This document shows, one piece after another, positions 48,101 through 59,400 of a stretch of 64,000 nt of DNA. The notes under the pieces were generated by a model. That model saw only the letters and a list, made by a program, of their open reading frames with translations. It was not told where the DNA came from and made no database searches. The DNA is taken from positions 1 to 64,000 of the IMG/VR virus record IMGVR_UViG_3300027797_000001. One strand, given 5' to 3'. This DNA comes from a virus. The position numbers and the translations under genes are program-made. Numbering within the stretch: position 1 is the stretch's first letter; every line of letters starts with the position of its first letter.

Positions 48101-50653
48101 CAAAATAATACTACAGGTATTTACAAAAGATACACAATTAATAATTTACAAAGAGGAGATACTGCAGTCATAAGAACTTTATCTGGTCCATATTTTAATC
48201 CGGCAAATCCAAATGGTACAAGTACAGGACCATATTTTATTACGGGTGCTAATAGAGATGTTTCACTAGTAACAATGTCTGGTTTAAATGGAAACACAAG
48301 TATTAATAATAACGTTACAATTAACACTTTAAATAATCAAACTCCAAATTGGACAGATGTTGACCAACCATTTAGTTTACCAATTGCCAGTCATTATGCA
48401 GCATTAAAGTATAGAATAAGAAATCAATATGGACAATTAGAAAGTATTAAACAAATTCAAATTACTCCATGTGAGCAAAAACTTTCAGATTATTCTATTG
48501 TGACAGCAGGTAATGTTTTTTGTCCAGGTAATCAAAGTGTTCTTACTGGAATTGCAAGAACTAATATTTTCTTTGGCGGGGATGTATTTATAAATAGATA
48601 CACAGAAAAGAATACTATGTTATTCTTTTATAATTGGTTATATGGTCAACCAGATGGTTTTGAGTTTAATTATTATTTATACTCAATGATTCCAAAATCT
48701 AGATTCTGGGCTAATACTCTCGAGTATGAAGCTCAAAATATGGCAATCTCAAACTGGAATGCATCAATCACTAGTGTTACAGGGGTATTCCCTACTGCAT
48801 TTTATAAATTAGATAATACTAATTATAATTTTAATAATGATTCAGTATCTAATTATCCAGGTTTTTGGAGAGCAAAAGAATCTTATTTTTATTTAGCTAA
48901 TTCTGGAGTAAGAGATTTCTTTGTAGAAAGTGAAGTACTTGTAGATTTTAGAATTTCTGGAGACCTTGAATTTGAAAAACATTATGACCCATACAGATAT
49001 ACAGATTTATACTCTATGTTTAATATGGACCCTCAAGTTATTACAAGAGGTAACATATGGAGATATGATTATTCTTTTAGCATAACTAAATTATACAATC
49101 AATATTTTTCATCAGGTAATTTACAAAGTAGATACTATGATCCATTTGTTGCTCAGTTATGTTATACATATCTTCCAGATAGAATTATATATTCATTACC
49201 GCAGCAAGAAGCAGCATTTAAAGATAGTTGGTTTATATACTTAGTGAATAACTATAAGGATTTTATATCTCAAGTTTCTGGAGTTAAGTCAATTAATAAG
49301 AGTGGTATATTCATTACATTTAAAAATGATAGTCCAACAATGTACCAGGGTGTTGATACATTACAAACAGATTTAGGTACTAAGATTACTATAGGTGACG
49401 GAGGTTTGTTTAGTCAACCTGGACAGTTTGCATCTAATGCAGATAAGCCATATGAGTATGGATCTTCACAAGATAAGTTTTCAATTATAGGTACACCTGC
49501 AGGTATTTATTATATCTCACAAAATCAAGGTAAGATATTTTTATATTCTGGAAATTTAAAAGAGATTTCTCAAGCAGGTATGAAGTGGTGGTTTAATTAC
49601 TTTTTACCTTATAAACTTACAGAAGATTTTCCTGACTATCCTTGGCAAGATAATCCTGTAGCAGGTATCGGGTGCCAATCTACATATGATAACCAAAACT
49701 CTATAGTATATTTTTCTAAAAAAGATTATCAATTAAAACCTGAGTTTAAAGATAAAGTAAACTATATTCCTTTGATAACTTATGGTAAACGAAAAGGACA
49801 AGGTGACTACTTTACTCATGTTGATTATCCAGGATCTCATTTTTTATTGGGTGATGAAACTTTATTTTTACCAGCATCTTGGACTATTAGTTTTGACCCT
49901 AAGAATCAGTTCTTTATTTCATTCCATGATTGGCATCCTGATTTAGCAATACCTACTAAGAAAACATTCTTAACAACTAAGTTTGCTGGAATGTGGAAGC
50001 ATAATGATTTATGTGATAACTTCTGTAATTACTATGGATCTAATTACCCATTTGAAATTGAGTTGCCTGTAAATACTGGTCAAACAGTAACAACTTTAAA
50101 ATCAATTGAGTATATGCTTGAATCATATAGAAGAAAGAATAATTGTTATGATCAATTCCATGTATTAGACTTTAACTTTGATAGAGCTATTATATTTAAT
50201 TCAGAACAAGTTTCCGGATATTTAAATTTAAACTTATTTCCTAAAAACAATATTACATTAAGTTTGGACTACCCAAACCTAAATGCAAACAATAATTCAT
50301 TTGATGTATTATTTTCAAAAGAAGAAAATAAATATAGAATAAATCAATTCTGGGATATTACAAAAGATAGAGGTGAATTCCCTATAGGATCAAATTATCC
50401 TCCTACTGGACCAGTAATTCCAGGAAGTACAATTTTATTAGGTAACTATGATCAAGAAGCTATTTGGAGTACTGAGCCAAACGGATATATTAAAACACTA
50501 AATCCTATTAATCTTAATTACGCTAAACCTGAAATGCAAAGAAAAAAGTTTAGACATTACTTAAACTTTATTACATTTATTAAAGATATCTCAGGTGACA
50601 CAAATATGTTATTGAAAATAACTAATACTAAAAATCAAATTTCTCCAAGATAA
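45143..50653 (+). CDS. tail muzzle/stabilisation protein (P22 gp10-like)
   Basis: 1836 aa; F.KGL.KD..P, YRDEVYAFFI, IRHHKFP, FGGD.FI.RY, WTISF......ISFHDW.P. Confidence 0.85.
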   Translation: MAKQSGENSAQLISNSFTKGLNKDSDPTYISEGMWTHARNASNNTWEGDVGTISNESSNYLCATAGATMPSSGQYLAPNKYIIGAIQLYSDRWIIYTAAHNQIGVPILSEIGLLIEDRCIYMPIVQDTCLGFDKRYLITGSAREKEDCTWQVYWADGLNPDRFLNIGDPQTWPDPSVYTTFGQYGTVNQNTYLSATGNTLQWPGVTWTQICCASTTCCQTAPGVWPTNIPNCPPDNACITCTDTKDLDCNALRLARLMETPCLNLELGVSGGTLLNGTYFAVIAYSIKGQRVTDYFSPSNTQPIWYPSDSQGSLTLNLEVDSDNFDEFILVMVQNVNQGTVAKQIGIYSTRTTRIELDRIKEDLITVPIEQLPILNPVYETSDQITEANNYLLRIGPRSKFDFNYQPLANLIRAKWVSVEYPADYYIKGGNKGSYYRDEVYAFFIRWVYDTGDKSSSYHIPGRPPGNYIYQPPNGGPLQIIPETTDGINDINTLDDSDRIFEMYNTATVQPIPATLNTTINDGGVVIGYGDMGYWESTERYPDDKPEIWNSSSHCWTGPLGNSPIIVNGSQWYPNDLCAQQIRHHKFPDNSLVDSNGNPVGLHYRPNPGINTQELKIRIMGVTFEDIILPVDNDGNLIPNIVGFEILRGSREGSRTILAKGMINNFRSYALPEYPLGLSGTSIQQGLYANYPFNTITPVQAVNIPGGPYSDPYVKSNLFQQVPQDIVSIHSPDLMFSTPYLSATELKIYGELRGNSQQFFKYPDNHPRHKLLSDVVPITAFVAGVAEAIIAMIGKRTTNQPEISSYATNYSGSVFTVPGASTLVTAPLQTTALTAIGTAVTGWNGFISSYYTGTAILDALAPLLSLPTTYETTLNAFLTTVNTAANSARIPKLTIAGSIELPPHAYLPVGLRSLGALNVFSYYWSEGANVAIDAVYTFVKYEQYALQSIAHGFYPKWGQARINEAKRFKIDDSFYIRDNIQQMSAYQNNTTGIYKRYTINNLQRGDTAVIRTLSGPYFNPANPNGTSTGPYFITGANRDVSLVTMSGLNGNTSINNNVTINTLNNQTPNWTDVDQPFSLPIASHYAALKYRIRNQYGQLESIKQIQITPCEQKLSDYSIVTAGNVFCPGNQSVLTGIARTNIFFGGDVFINRYTEKNTMLFFYNWLYGQPDGFEFNYYLYSMIPKSRFWANTLEYEAQNMAISNWNASITSVTGVFPTAFYKLDNTNYNFNNDSVSNYPGFWRAKESYFYLANSGVRDFFVESEVLVDFRISGDLEFEKHYDPYRYTDLYSMFNMDPQVITRGNIWRYDYSFSITKLYNQYFSSGNLQSRYYDPFVAQLCYTYLPDRIIYSLPQQEAAFKDSWFIYLVNNYKDFISQVSGVKSINKSGIFITFKNDSPTMYQGVDTLQTDLGTKITIGDGGLFSQPGQFASNADKPYEYGSSQDKFSIIGTPAGIYYISQNQGKIFLYSGNLKEISQAGMKWWFNYFLPYKLTEDFPDYPWQDNPVAGIGCQSTYDNQNSIVYFSKKDYQLKPEFKDKVNYIPLITYGKRKGQGDYFTHVDYPGSHFLLGDETLFLPASWTISFDPKNQFFISFHDWHPDLAIPTKKTFLTTKFAGMWKHNDLCDNFCNYYGSNYPFEIELPVNTGQTVTTLKSIEYMLESYRRKNNCYDQFHVLDFNFDRAIIFNSEQVSGYLNLNLFPKNNITLSLDYPNLNANNNSFDVLFSKEENKYRINQFWDITKDRGEFPIGSNYPPTGPVIPGSTILLGNYDQEAIWSTEPNGYIKTLNPINLNYAKPEMQRKKFRHYLNFITFIKDISGDTNMLLKITNTKNQISPR

Positions 50654-53600
50654 TGTTTAATAAGAAGCTCCTTTCAAGTATAGATTTAGGGAAGTATAAA
50701 AAAAAGAATCCCTATAAGAAAGATATGATTTTAGATCCTATGGGTCAATGGAAACATCCTGGGAAAAATACTAGAATACCCTCTGACCGGATTACAATGA
50801 AAGGAGTTAATTATCCTGTCTTGGGTGTATCAAATACTGGACAAAAACAAATGATGCAACCCGGAAGAGAATATAATTTTCCTGGAGCAGATTATGTTGA
50901 TGAATATCCACAGATGAAAAACGGTGGTTTACCTAAAGCTCAAAAAGGTGCAGCTACATACCAAGATAGTTTAGATGTATATAATAATGCTTTAAAACTA
51001 AAAGCTTTTTATGATTCAAAAAAACAATTATATAATATATCTACTAGACCATGGTATGGTACAAGCAATTTAAAAAAGGAAGAAAAAGAAACATATGATT
51101 ATGATAAAAATCCGGCTAACAATCCGGATGTAAAAACTTGGACACCTCAACAAAAAAGAAATTTTCAAAAAACAAAAGATTTAATTAAAGCAAATAAAGA
51201 TCCAAACATTGCTTATATTACAGATCTAATAACAGGTGCTTTAGATCCAGATGCTCCTGCTTCAAGATATGATAATAGAATTAAACCTCAATCAGAAATA
51301 GCATATTCGCCTTATAAAGCTCAATATTCAAAAACAGAAGACTCACTTTATGACAAACTTCAGAAAAACTATGATGGTATGAGTAGTTATGGTGATCCAA
51401 GATTTCCTACCTTAACTCCAAGTAAAAAAGATCTTTTAGATTATGCTAAAAAACTTGGTTATAGTCAAAAAGATGCTATAAGTCTTTTATATAAACTTAA
51501 AAGAGAAAATCTTGCTATGGCAAACACACCTGGAGTTAATACTATCTTACCATATTATGATCCTCTTGCAGTAAAACCTGGGAAACTCCTTACAGATGAT
51601 GAAATAAGAATTAGAGTTAAGAAATATGGTACAACTGGTATTCCTCAAAATAGATTAGACAAACTTGGTTTAAATAGTTCAAACCCACCAAAAAGTTCAA
51701 ACCCACCGAAAAAAAGTACATCTTCTACAGTTACTAAATCACCATGTTCAAATCCAACAACTACTGTTATAAATAATGTACCAGATAAAATTCCTTTTGG
51801 AAAAAAGTTAGTTGGTACAGATGAAGAAACATTACCAGTAACTGGGAAAAAATGTGAGTATGTTAAAACTATAAATCCAATTTATGAGGATGTTACAATA
51901 GATCCTATTAAACCCCCAGCAATTGCATTAAGAGTAGACAATGGTATTTTACCACCATTGCAACAATCAACTTATGTTCCACAAGAACCTATTGAAGCTC
52001 CACAATATGCATTAGGCCCTTATACTGCTGATAGATTACGTTTATCAGTAACACCTGGAAAAACAAAAAAAGTAACAAAACGTGGAAGATTGTTTGATGG
52101 TAAAGGTCAAGGATATAAACATACAGAATATAAATCAACTAAAGATTTGGAGTTTGGAAAAAAAGAAGTTACTAGATTAATACCAAGAATTGTTCAGAAG
52201 ATTACTGGTTATGATCCAGAATACTTTGAAGGTTCTTATGATGAAGAAGGTAACTATATTCCTGGAGAATTAGACTTTGGTAATGAGGTTGGTGGTAGAA
52301 TGGAATTTAGAGGAGCTGCATCTTTACAAGATTTAATAAATCAACAGAAGTATGCAAAAGACTGGGAAGAGTATGAAAGAAAGATTGATGAGAGAGAAGA
52401 ACAATCAAAGAAAAAACAAGAAGAGGGTAGAGCATTTAAAAAAGGTGGAACAAAGAAAAGAATATATAACCCTAATGCAAAGTATTATGCGGATGGTGGA
52501 GAAAATTTACAAGAAGAATGTCCACCATATCACTATTGGAATGGAGAAACTTGTGTTCCAGTTAGTAGAGAGCTTGCTCCTCTTGATCCACAATACTTAT
52601 CAGAAAATCCAGATGTTGCAACAAACATGCAAATTGAACCAGAAGTAAGTGTTAGTCCATTAGGTTCGGATTTTTCCAAGGCAAAGTCATGGATTGATAA
52701 ATGGCATGATTCTCCAATGCATGATAAAATGCTTATGAAATCATTACAGGGTAATAAAAAACTTTTTAAAGAATATAAGGATAAAAGAAAAAAAAATATA
52801 CAAACTATTCCAGCACTAAATATTAGTTTAGATAAAAGTGATCCTTTATATAAAGAAATAAAAGATTATTATGGGTTTGCTCCATGGGGAGCATCGGATA
52901 GTAATACAGGTGCTGTTTCAATATATAATTCTCATCCTGGAAATAAACAAATGTTAATTCATGAGGTTACTCATTCTTCTGATAGACCAGATGATAAATT
53001 AGGTAGACTTATTCCACCTAATGACCAATTAACAATACAATATAGAATCCCATTAAATTGGAAATATAGTCAATATGGTAAAGATATGATGAAAGAATAT
53101 AAAGAAAAAGGGTGGCGGTTAGATGATGAATATATGGGTGAAGAAGAAATACCAAGAGATATATATGAACAACAACAATTTAATGATTGGAATAAATATT
53201 TATTAAGTGACCAAGGAACTGAGGTTAGAGCAAGATTAAGTGAGATAAGACAGGATGCACAAGAACAAAATATTTATGACCCTTTTAATAAAAAAATAAC
53301 AAGAAGGCAATTTAAAAATTTAAAAAATATAAAATATCCTGATTCATTAGATGACCTTAAAAAAACTTTTTCTGATAAAGATATAAAGTGGATGTTAAAT
53401 AACATTTCTAAAAACAATAATGAAACTGAAGATGCTATTCAATATGGTAAAAAAGGTGGGGCAAAGAAAAAATACACAAGTGATATAATTAATAGTACTA
53501 ATTATCTTTTTGCGGAACATCCTTTATTTAAAAAGAAGAAACAATCTAAGAAAAGAATATATAACCCTAATGCAAAGTATTATCAATTAGGTGGATTAAC

Positions 53601-56463
53601 ACGATTTGTACCACAAGCTGGTAGAATGTTTGCTTTACCACCTATTACTAATACAATTGCAAATACTGCACCAGGTATTTTAAATTCTATAAAGACTATA
53701 TCGCAAAAACTTCCTACTAATTTATTAGATGAAGGTGCAAGAGATTTATTACATTATCCTAGTTTTGATGTTACACTTGGAGAATCAAATTTAACAGGAG
53801 TTGATGCTGCAAAGTATTTGGGAGACTTTGGCTTTAAACCATATTCAGAAGGTTGGACAGCTCTAAGTGACATGAAAAATGCATTTGAAGGAAAACAATG
53901 GAATCCTAGTAAAGAAGATTATTATACTCTTGATGAAATTTATAATTTAATAAATAAGCAAACAAATTATTTAAATGATCTTGCTAAGTTTAATGAAACA
54001 AATCCTGATGAATTAGGTGAGTATGGAAATTTATTAAGATGGATGCAAAATGATTTTAGTAGAGATGAATTATTTTCATTGTTATTTCCAAATTCTAGTA
54101 GACCAAATTTTAAAGAAAAATTTTATCGCCCAGAACATATAAATTTATTAAAACAAACTACACCCAATCCTGAAACTGGTATAAATTTATATGATAATTT
54201 AATTAAAAATACCAATTTTGGAGATAAAGGTTTAGTAGATAAGTATACATTAAGAAGATCAATAACAGAACCTAATACTGAAATATTACCGGGATCTGAA
54301 GATCTAATGTTATATAGACAAAGATATGAACCCTACAGAGGTTTAGATGCTGGTAATTTAAGTGAACGTAAAGATGTAATAGAGTTTCTTAAAGATCATG
54401 ATGGCATTTTAGGTTTTGAATTTAAAGATCTTAATAATGAATATTCCAATAATTTAAATTATTGGAAAGAACAAATATTTGAAAAGTTTGATAATCGACA
54501 ATATAAAAAATTTCAAAAGAAGTTTAAAGAACAATCTAAACCTGGAACTAGCTCTAAACTTAAAGGATTAGATGCTTATAATCAAATAATTAATAGAACT
54601 GGTTCTAGAAATAAATACGGAGGAGAACTACCTAAAGGTAAATACGGATACTCTGTTGGTAATCTTATAAGAAAACAATTTGGTGGTTTAGGTAGAGATC
54701 AAAGTTTATCAGTTTCACCATATGATCTTGATACTTACATTGGAGCTTCTGGAAATCAAATATATAATCCAGGATATAGTCTTACATATAATAAGCCAAA
54801 CCTTTTTAAAAAATTAGATGTAGTTGGAACTCCTTTTCAAGTATCAATAGGAAGACCTTATAATACTGATCCAAATAGTTTAACTAATCAATCTTTAAAT
54901 TTTGGAACATCATATGACTATGAATATATGGATCCAGGAGTACAACAAGGTCCACAACAAGAAGCTATAAATAATGCAGCTGCACAATATTTAGGAAAGG
55001 ATGTTCAAGATTTAAACCAATCTGATTTAAATAAATTTTCAGCATTTAAATCATTAGGGGAAATTAAAAATGCTTATGCTCCAGGAAAACCAATTAATTT
55101 ATCTACAAAACTTTCATTTTTAGGTAAAGCATTTAGTGACCAACCTGTTAGAGGTTTTGGATCAATATCTGGTGGTTATAATCCTGAAGCAGGTTTTTGG
55201 GCAGGAGCTGATCTTGGAGGTTTTGGAGTAATCTCAAATAAAAAACCAAAAACATATTTTGATAGAGGTTTATCTAGAAAAGGAGATTGGGCGGTTATTC
55301 CTAGTCTTTCTTTATTCTCTCCAGCAATTAGACAAAAAGGAATTGCAAATCTAGAACAATCTGCAGAGTATAAACGCTTATTAGAAAAAGATATACAAGA
55401 GGGTACTGATTCAGCACAAAATTATTATGATAATCAATTAGATGATCAGGGTAAGTCAACAATGACATTTAATGCAAGACCGGAAATTAAAGCGCAACTT
55501 AAACCATTTAAAAAGTTTCCCGGAATCTTAGAAGGGGTAGTTGGAGCTAATATAGATTTTATAAGTGGTGGTAAGGATTCTATGGATAAAATTACAACTA
55601 ATATAAACCCATACGGCAAAATATCATATGCTGTTTCTATTCAAGATGAGTTAGATAGAATGAAACGTAAGATGAAAAATGTAGAATTTCCTGATAAAAA
55701 ACACTATGAAGATTACGTAGAAGAATATGAAAATCAAACTACAGAAGAAACTCCTACAGAAACTGATAATCAAATTAATCCACCGGAGGTTGAATTAAAT
55801 TTTGATGGTCAAGGAGTAGGAAAAGCAGACTGCCCTAAAGGCTATGAAAGACCATGTGAAAAATGCAGATGTCAAAAAATAAAAATGCCTCAAATGTATA
55901 CAGACAAAAGAGGTAAACAGTTATTTGGCAATGAGCCTATTAGATTTCAAGATGGTGGAGAACAGGATGCAATGAATGCTATGATGAAAGCAAGACTTGC
56001 TTATGCTAATATGTTTGGTAATCCCTCAGCACAAAGAATGATTAATCTTCCAGATCAACCTTATGAATTTGATAATGGGAATACAGGCACACACTACATG
56101 GCAAGTATGGATAACTATGCTGTACCTCAAATTCAAGATGAGAATGGAGTATTACAGATTGGAAACTATGGTCCAGAATCTACTGAGGCAATGAGATTTG
56201 ACTCAGATGAAGATGCTAATTATTTTGCAGAAAACTATAAAGATGTTTCACCAGGATTTATGGATCTAGAACTTGATGATAATGAGATAGAAGAATACAG
56301 AAAAGGTGGTTATATAATAGAAGATATTTCTGTGCCTTCACTAACTAGAATGCAGCCTGTTGGTAAATATCAAGATGGTGGAGAATATCAATTGGGTGAT
56401 GAAGTAGATGAAGCTACTATGAAACAATTAAAAAAATTAGGTTTTACATTTGAACAAATTTAG
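50653..56463 (+). CDS. giant modular cargo/ejection-type protein with a zincin (HEVTH) module
   Basis: 1936 aa; about 10 xxGG motifs separating unrelated segments; LIHEVTH...TEVRARL. Confidence 0.8.
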   Translation: MFNKKLLSSIDLGKYKKKNPYKKDMILDPMGQWKHPGKNTRIPSDRITMKGVNYPVLGVSNTGQKQMMQPGREYNFPGADYVDEYPQMKNGGLPKAQKGAATYQDSLDVYNNALKLKAFYDSKKQLYNISTRPWYGTSNLKKEEKETYDYDKNPANNPDVKTWTPQQKRNFQKTKDLIKANKDPNIAYITDLITGALDPDAPASRYDNRIKPQSEIAYSPYKAQYSKTEDSLYDKLQKNYDGMSSYGDPRFPTLTPSKKDLLDYAKKLGYSQKDAISLLYKLKRENLAMANTPGVNTILPYYDPLAVKPGKLLTDDEIRIRVKKYGTTGIPQNRLDKLGLNSSNPPKSSNPPKKSTSSTVTKSPCSNPTTTVINNVPDKIPFGKKLVGTDEETLPVTGKKCEYVKTINPIYEDVTIDPIKPPAIALRVDNGILPPLQQSTYVPQEPIEAPQYALGPYTADRLRLSVTPGKTKKVTKRGRLFDGKGQGYKHTEYKSTKDLEFGKKEVTRLIPRIVQKITGYDPEYFEGSYDEEGNYIPGELDFGNEVGGRMEFRGAASLQDLINQQKYAKDWEEYERKIDEREEQSKKKQEEGRAFKKGGTKKRIYNPNAKYYADGGENLQEECPPYHYWNGETCVPVSRELAPLDPQYLSENPDVATNMQIEPEVSVSPLGSDFSKAKSWIDKWHDSPMHDKMLMKSLQGNKKLFKEYKDKRKKNIQTIPALNISLDKSDPLYKEIKDYYGFAPWGASDSNTGAVSIYNSHPGNKQMLIHEVTHSSDRPDDKLGRLIPPNDQLTIQYRIPLNWKYSQYGKDMMKEYKEKGWRLDDEYMGEEEIPRDIYEQQQFNDWNKYLLSDQGTEVRARLSEIRQDAQEQNIYDPFNKKITRRQFKNLKNIKYPDSLDDLKKTFSDKDIKWMLNNISKNNNETEDAIQYGKKGGAKKKYTSDIINSTNYLFAEHPLFKKKKQSKKRIYNPNAKYYQLGGLTRFVPQAGRMFALPPITNTIANTAPGILNSIKTISQKLPTNLLDEGARDLLHYPSFDVTLGESNLTGVDAAKYLGDFGFKPYSEGWTALSDMKNAFEGKQWNPSKEDYYTLDEIYNLINKQTNYLNDLAKFNETNPDELGEYGNLLRWMQNDFSRDELFSLLFPNSSRPNFKEKFYRPEHINLLKQTTPNPETGINLYDNLIKNTNFGDKGLVDKYTLRRSITEPNTEILPGSEDLMLYRQRYEPYRGLDAGNLSERKDVIEFLKDHDGILGFEFKDLNNEYSNNLNYWKEQIFEKFDNRQYKKFQKKFKEQSKPGTSSKLKGLDAYNQIINRTGSRNKYGGELPKGKYGYSVGNLIRKQFGGLGRDQSLSVSPYDLDTYIGASGNQIYNPGYSLTYNKPNLFKKLDVVGTPFQVSIGRPYNTDPNSLTNQSLNFGTSYDYEYMDPGVQQGPQQEAINNAAAQYLGKDVQDLNQSDLNKFSAFKSLGEIKNAYAPGKPINLSTKLSFLGKAFSDQPVRGFGSISGGYNPEAGFWAGADLGGFGVISNKKPKTYFDRGLSRKGDWAVIPSLSLFSPAIRQKGIANLEQSAEYKRLLEKDIQEGTDSAQNYYDNQLDDQGKSTMTFNARPEIKAQLKPFKKFPGILEGVVGANIDFISGGKDSMDKITTNINPYGKISYAVSIQDELDRMKRKMKNVEFPDKKHYEDYVEEYENQTTEETPTETDNQINPPEVELNFDGQGVGKADCPKGYERPCEKCRCQKIKMPQMYTDKRGKQLFGNEPIRFQDGGEQDAMNAMMKARLAYANMFGNPSAQRMINLPDQPYEFDNGNTGTHYMASMDNYAVPQIQDENGVLQIGNYGPESTEAMRFDSDEDANYFAENYKDVSPGFMDLELDDNEIEEYRKGGYIIEDISVPSLTRMQPVGKYQDGGEYQLGDEVDEATMKQLKKLGFTFEQI
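52453..52488 (+). repeat. 36-bp perfect direct repeat copy 1 (KKRIYNPNAKYY)
   Basis: AAGAAAAGAATATATAACCCTAATGCAAAGTATTAT; copy 2 at 53548-53583. Confidence 0.9.
53548..53583 (+). repeat. 36-bp perfect direct repeat copy 2
   Basis: Identical to 52453-52488. Confidence 0.9.
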
Positions 56464-59400
56464 TGATGGCAAAGTATAGAATTACAAGTTTACCGCAGTC
56501 TTTACCTAAAGCACAAAAAGGATTATTTAATAAAAGAAATAAAATATCTGTTAGAAACGGTGAAGTTAAATTGTTTCCAAATTTATTTGGTGATAAAAAA
56601 AGAAACAATATAGATACTCAAGATCAATCAGATGATACACAATATAACTGGTCTGGCACAACTCCAGAATTAATGCAACCTGATCAAGAGTCTTTTGAAT
56701 TAAAACCTACATATGCACCAACACCAGAGTTTACTCAAGCAGATGTTAATTTAAGTTCTACTCTTAGTAAAATACAAGAGGAGAGAGACAGATTAGCTCA
56801 AGAAAAAGAAAACAAGGATTGGGAAGAGATGATGAAAAAAAGAGATGAGAAATTTAAAACTTCTAAAAAATATGATAAAATAGAACCTTTGCTTACAATT
56901 GATTCTGAAGGATATGCAGATGAGGATCTTGCTTATTTTCAAGAGGCTGGATATTTTCCAGTAAAAGATTCAAAAACAAATAAAATAAATTTATATCCAT
57001 CAAATGAAATAAATTCAAAAATTATTAATAATGGTTTAAGAACAGATGAGATTGTTAAAAAACTTGGAATAGGTGATGCTGAATCTGTGAAGTCTGCTTT
57101 TGGAGATTTAATGACTGCTGCAGATCAACAGTATTCGGCTACTGTTCAAAACAAATTATTACAAAAATCACTAGATGAAGGTATTAGTTTAGAAGACGCA
57201 GTTAAAAAATTATCTGGTAAACTTGGAACTGAAAAAGGTCTTCAAAAATATGTTGCGCCTACTACTGATTTAATAAATAATTATATTGATGAAATTAAAA
57301 AAAATGTAAACCAACCTGCGGAGAAAGAACTTCAGTCAATGTACTATGATAATAGAAATCCTAATCAAGGTTATTCTCCAAAGATTGATTATAATTCATA
57401 TGATCCAGGGTTAAAATATAACACGGATTATTATAATACTACAAATAATTGGGGACAATTTCTTAAAGACTATTCTGATTATAATAAAGAGTATGATAAA
57501 GAATATGCAGATTCATTTTATAATAAACAAAATCAAACTGCTGATAAATTAAATTTACCTGTGTCAGATAGAACAGGAAATTTAAAAAATCAACAAGATG
57601 TGATTAATCAAAATATATCATTAACTAAACAAGTTGGAGATGTTTCTACAGAAGCAGGAAATAAAACAATAAATAAGAAGTATATAGAACAACTACAGGC
57701 AGACATGGCAAGAGTTTCTGATCCTTTAGTTAAATATGAACTAAGTAAAAAACTTGATGCAGTAAAAAATAATCCAGAAGCTTTTTCTAAACTCTTAAAA
57801 GGTTTTGAATCTGGAGAAGTCTTTACAAAAGAAGATGAAGATAATATCAATGCTTTAACTTTTAGTATCCTTCAAAAAGAATCAAATCCAGATACTATAA
57901 AAGCTGGTGTAGATAGACCTAAACTTACAACATCAGATAAAGTATTTGATGTATTAACTAATCCATTTGACGCATTTAAATATTCAAACCAAGGAGGTTT
58001 AGATAATATGTGGACTAGCGGTATGGGTTATAATGAAAGAAAACTTTTAGAAAGAGCTAATCCAGAATTAAATCTTGGAACACAAGATAATCTAGTTGGT
58101 AATGCTTTGAATACATGGAATCCAATGAGATTTGCAAGAGATGTAGATTCTGATCTAGATAGAGAAGACTATGCTTCTGCTGGTTTAGAGGCACTTGAGT
58201 TTGCTACTCCTGCAATGTTTTCAAAAGCTGCAAGAGCTGGTAGATTAGCTAGAGACGCAAGTAAGTTTTTTCCAACTGGTTCAATCACACCAGGATTAAA
58301 AGGATTTACCGGATCTGCTTTTGAATCATTAAATCCCTATTTTGCATATGAGGCAATAAGACCAGGGGGAGAATTAAATAGATCATACGATTTACTTAAA
58401 GAAGGAAATATTAAAGAAGGACTTCAAGAAGGTGCTTTTGGTCTATTAAATCTTTTACCTGCAGCTGGTACTTTTAAAAGTTTAAAAAGTGCTGAAAACA
58501 TAGGTGGTGCTAAACCATTTGTATCACAACAATTAAGTTTTAAGAAAGGAGGAGAGTTACCTACTTATCAAGGGCCAATAAGATCAATTGTAAAAAGTAT
58601 TCCTTCTAAACTTGGTAATTTAGCAATGAAGACTGGAATAAAAACATTGCAACTTCCCGGAGTTAAACCTTTTTTTAGAAGTAACTATAATCCAATTAGT
58701 TATCCAATTAGTTATCCAATAAAACTTTTAGGTGAAAAAATAGCTAGACAATCTCTTAGTCCAAGTAGAAATAAAGAACAAGTTATTGCTGCACTTACTA
58801 AAAAAGCAGCCCCAGAAGAAAACCTTTATTTTGGTAATGTAACTGCTGTGGATCCAGAATATGGTTATGGTAAAAGAGATTTAATTGCTAATTATTTTAG
58901 AGGTATAGATACTGGTTTTAAACCAATTGACTATGATATTTATTCAGATCCTGGTTTAAAAAAATATATAGATAGATATGGACCTTTAAAAACATATGAA
59001 CTTAATTCATCTGTTAAACATGGTCAACCTTTAGACATTGCTGATTTTACTAGGCTGCTAAATATAGATGATACTAAATTAAGTAATTTTGATCAAGATC
59101 TTTATGAAGATGAAGTTTTTCAAAATATGCCTGGTTTAGAAGATTATTACTATAATGAGTATATGAATAATCTTCCTGGAACTAGTACTCCTAGTCCATA
59201 TAAAGCACAAAGACAATACTATAAAAAAATGTTACATCAATATTTTGATAAACGCGGTATAGAAGTTCTCCCTCTAGTTGTTGATCCAGATTTGAATACA
59301 TTAGGTAATGTTAAAAATTATTTAAGCCGTAATCCCGCTATATCATATGATGATCTTGCTGGTCATATGGGTTATTTAAAAAGATTGCCAAACAAAGAAG

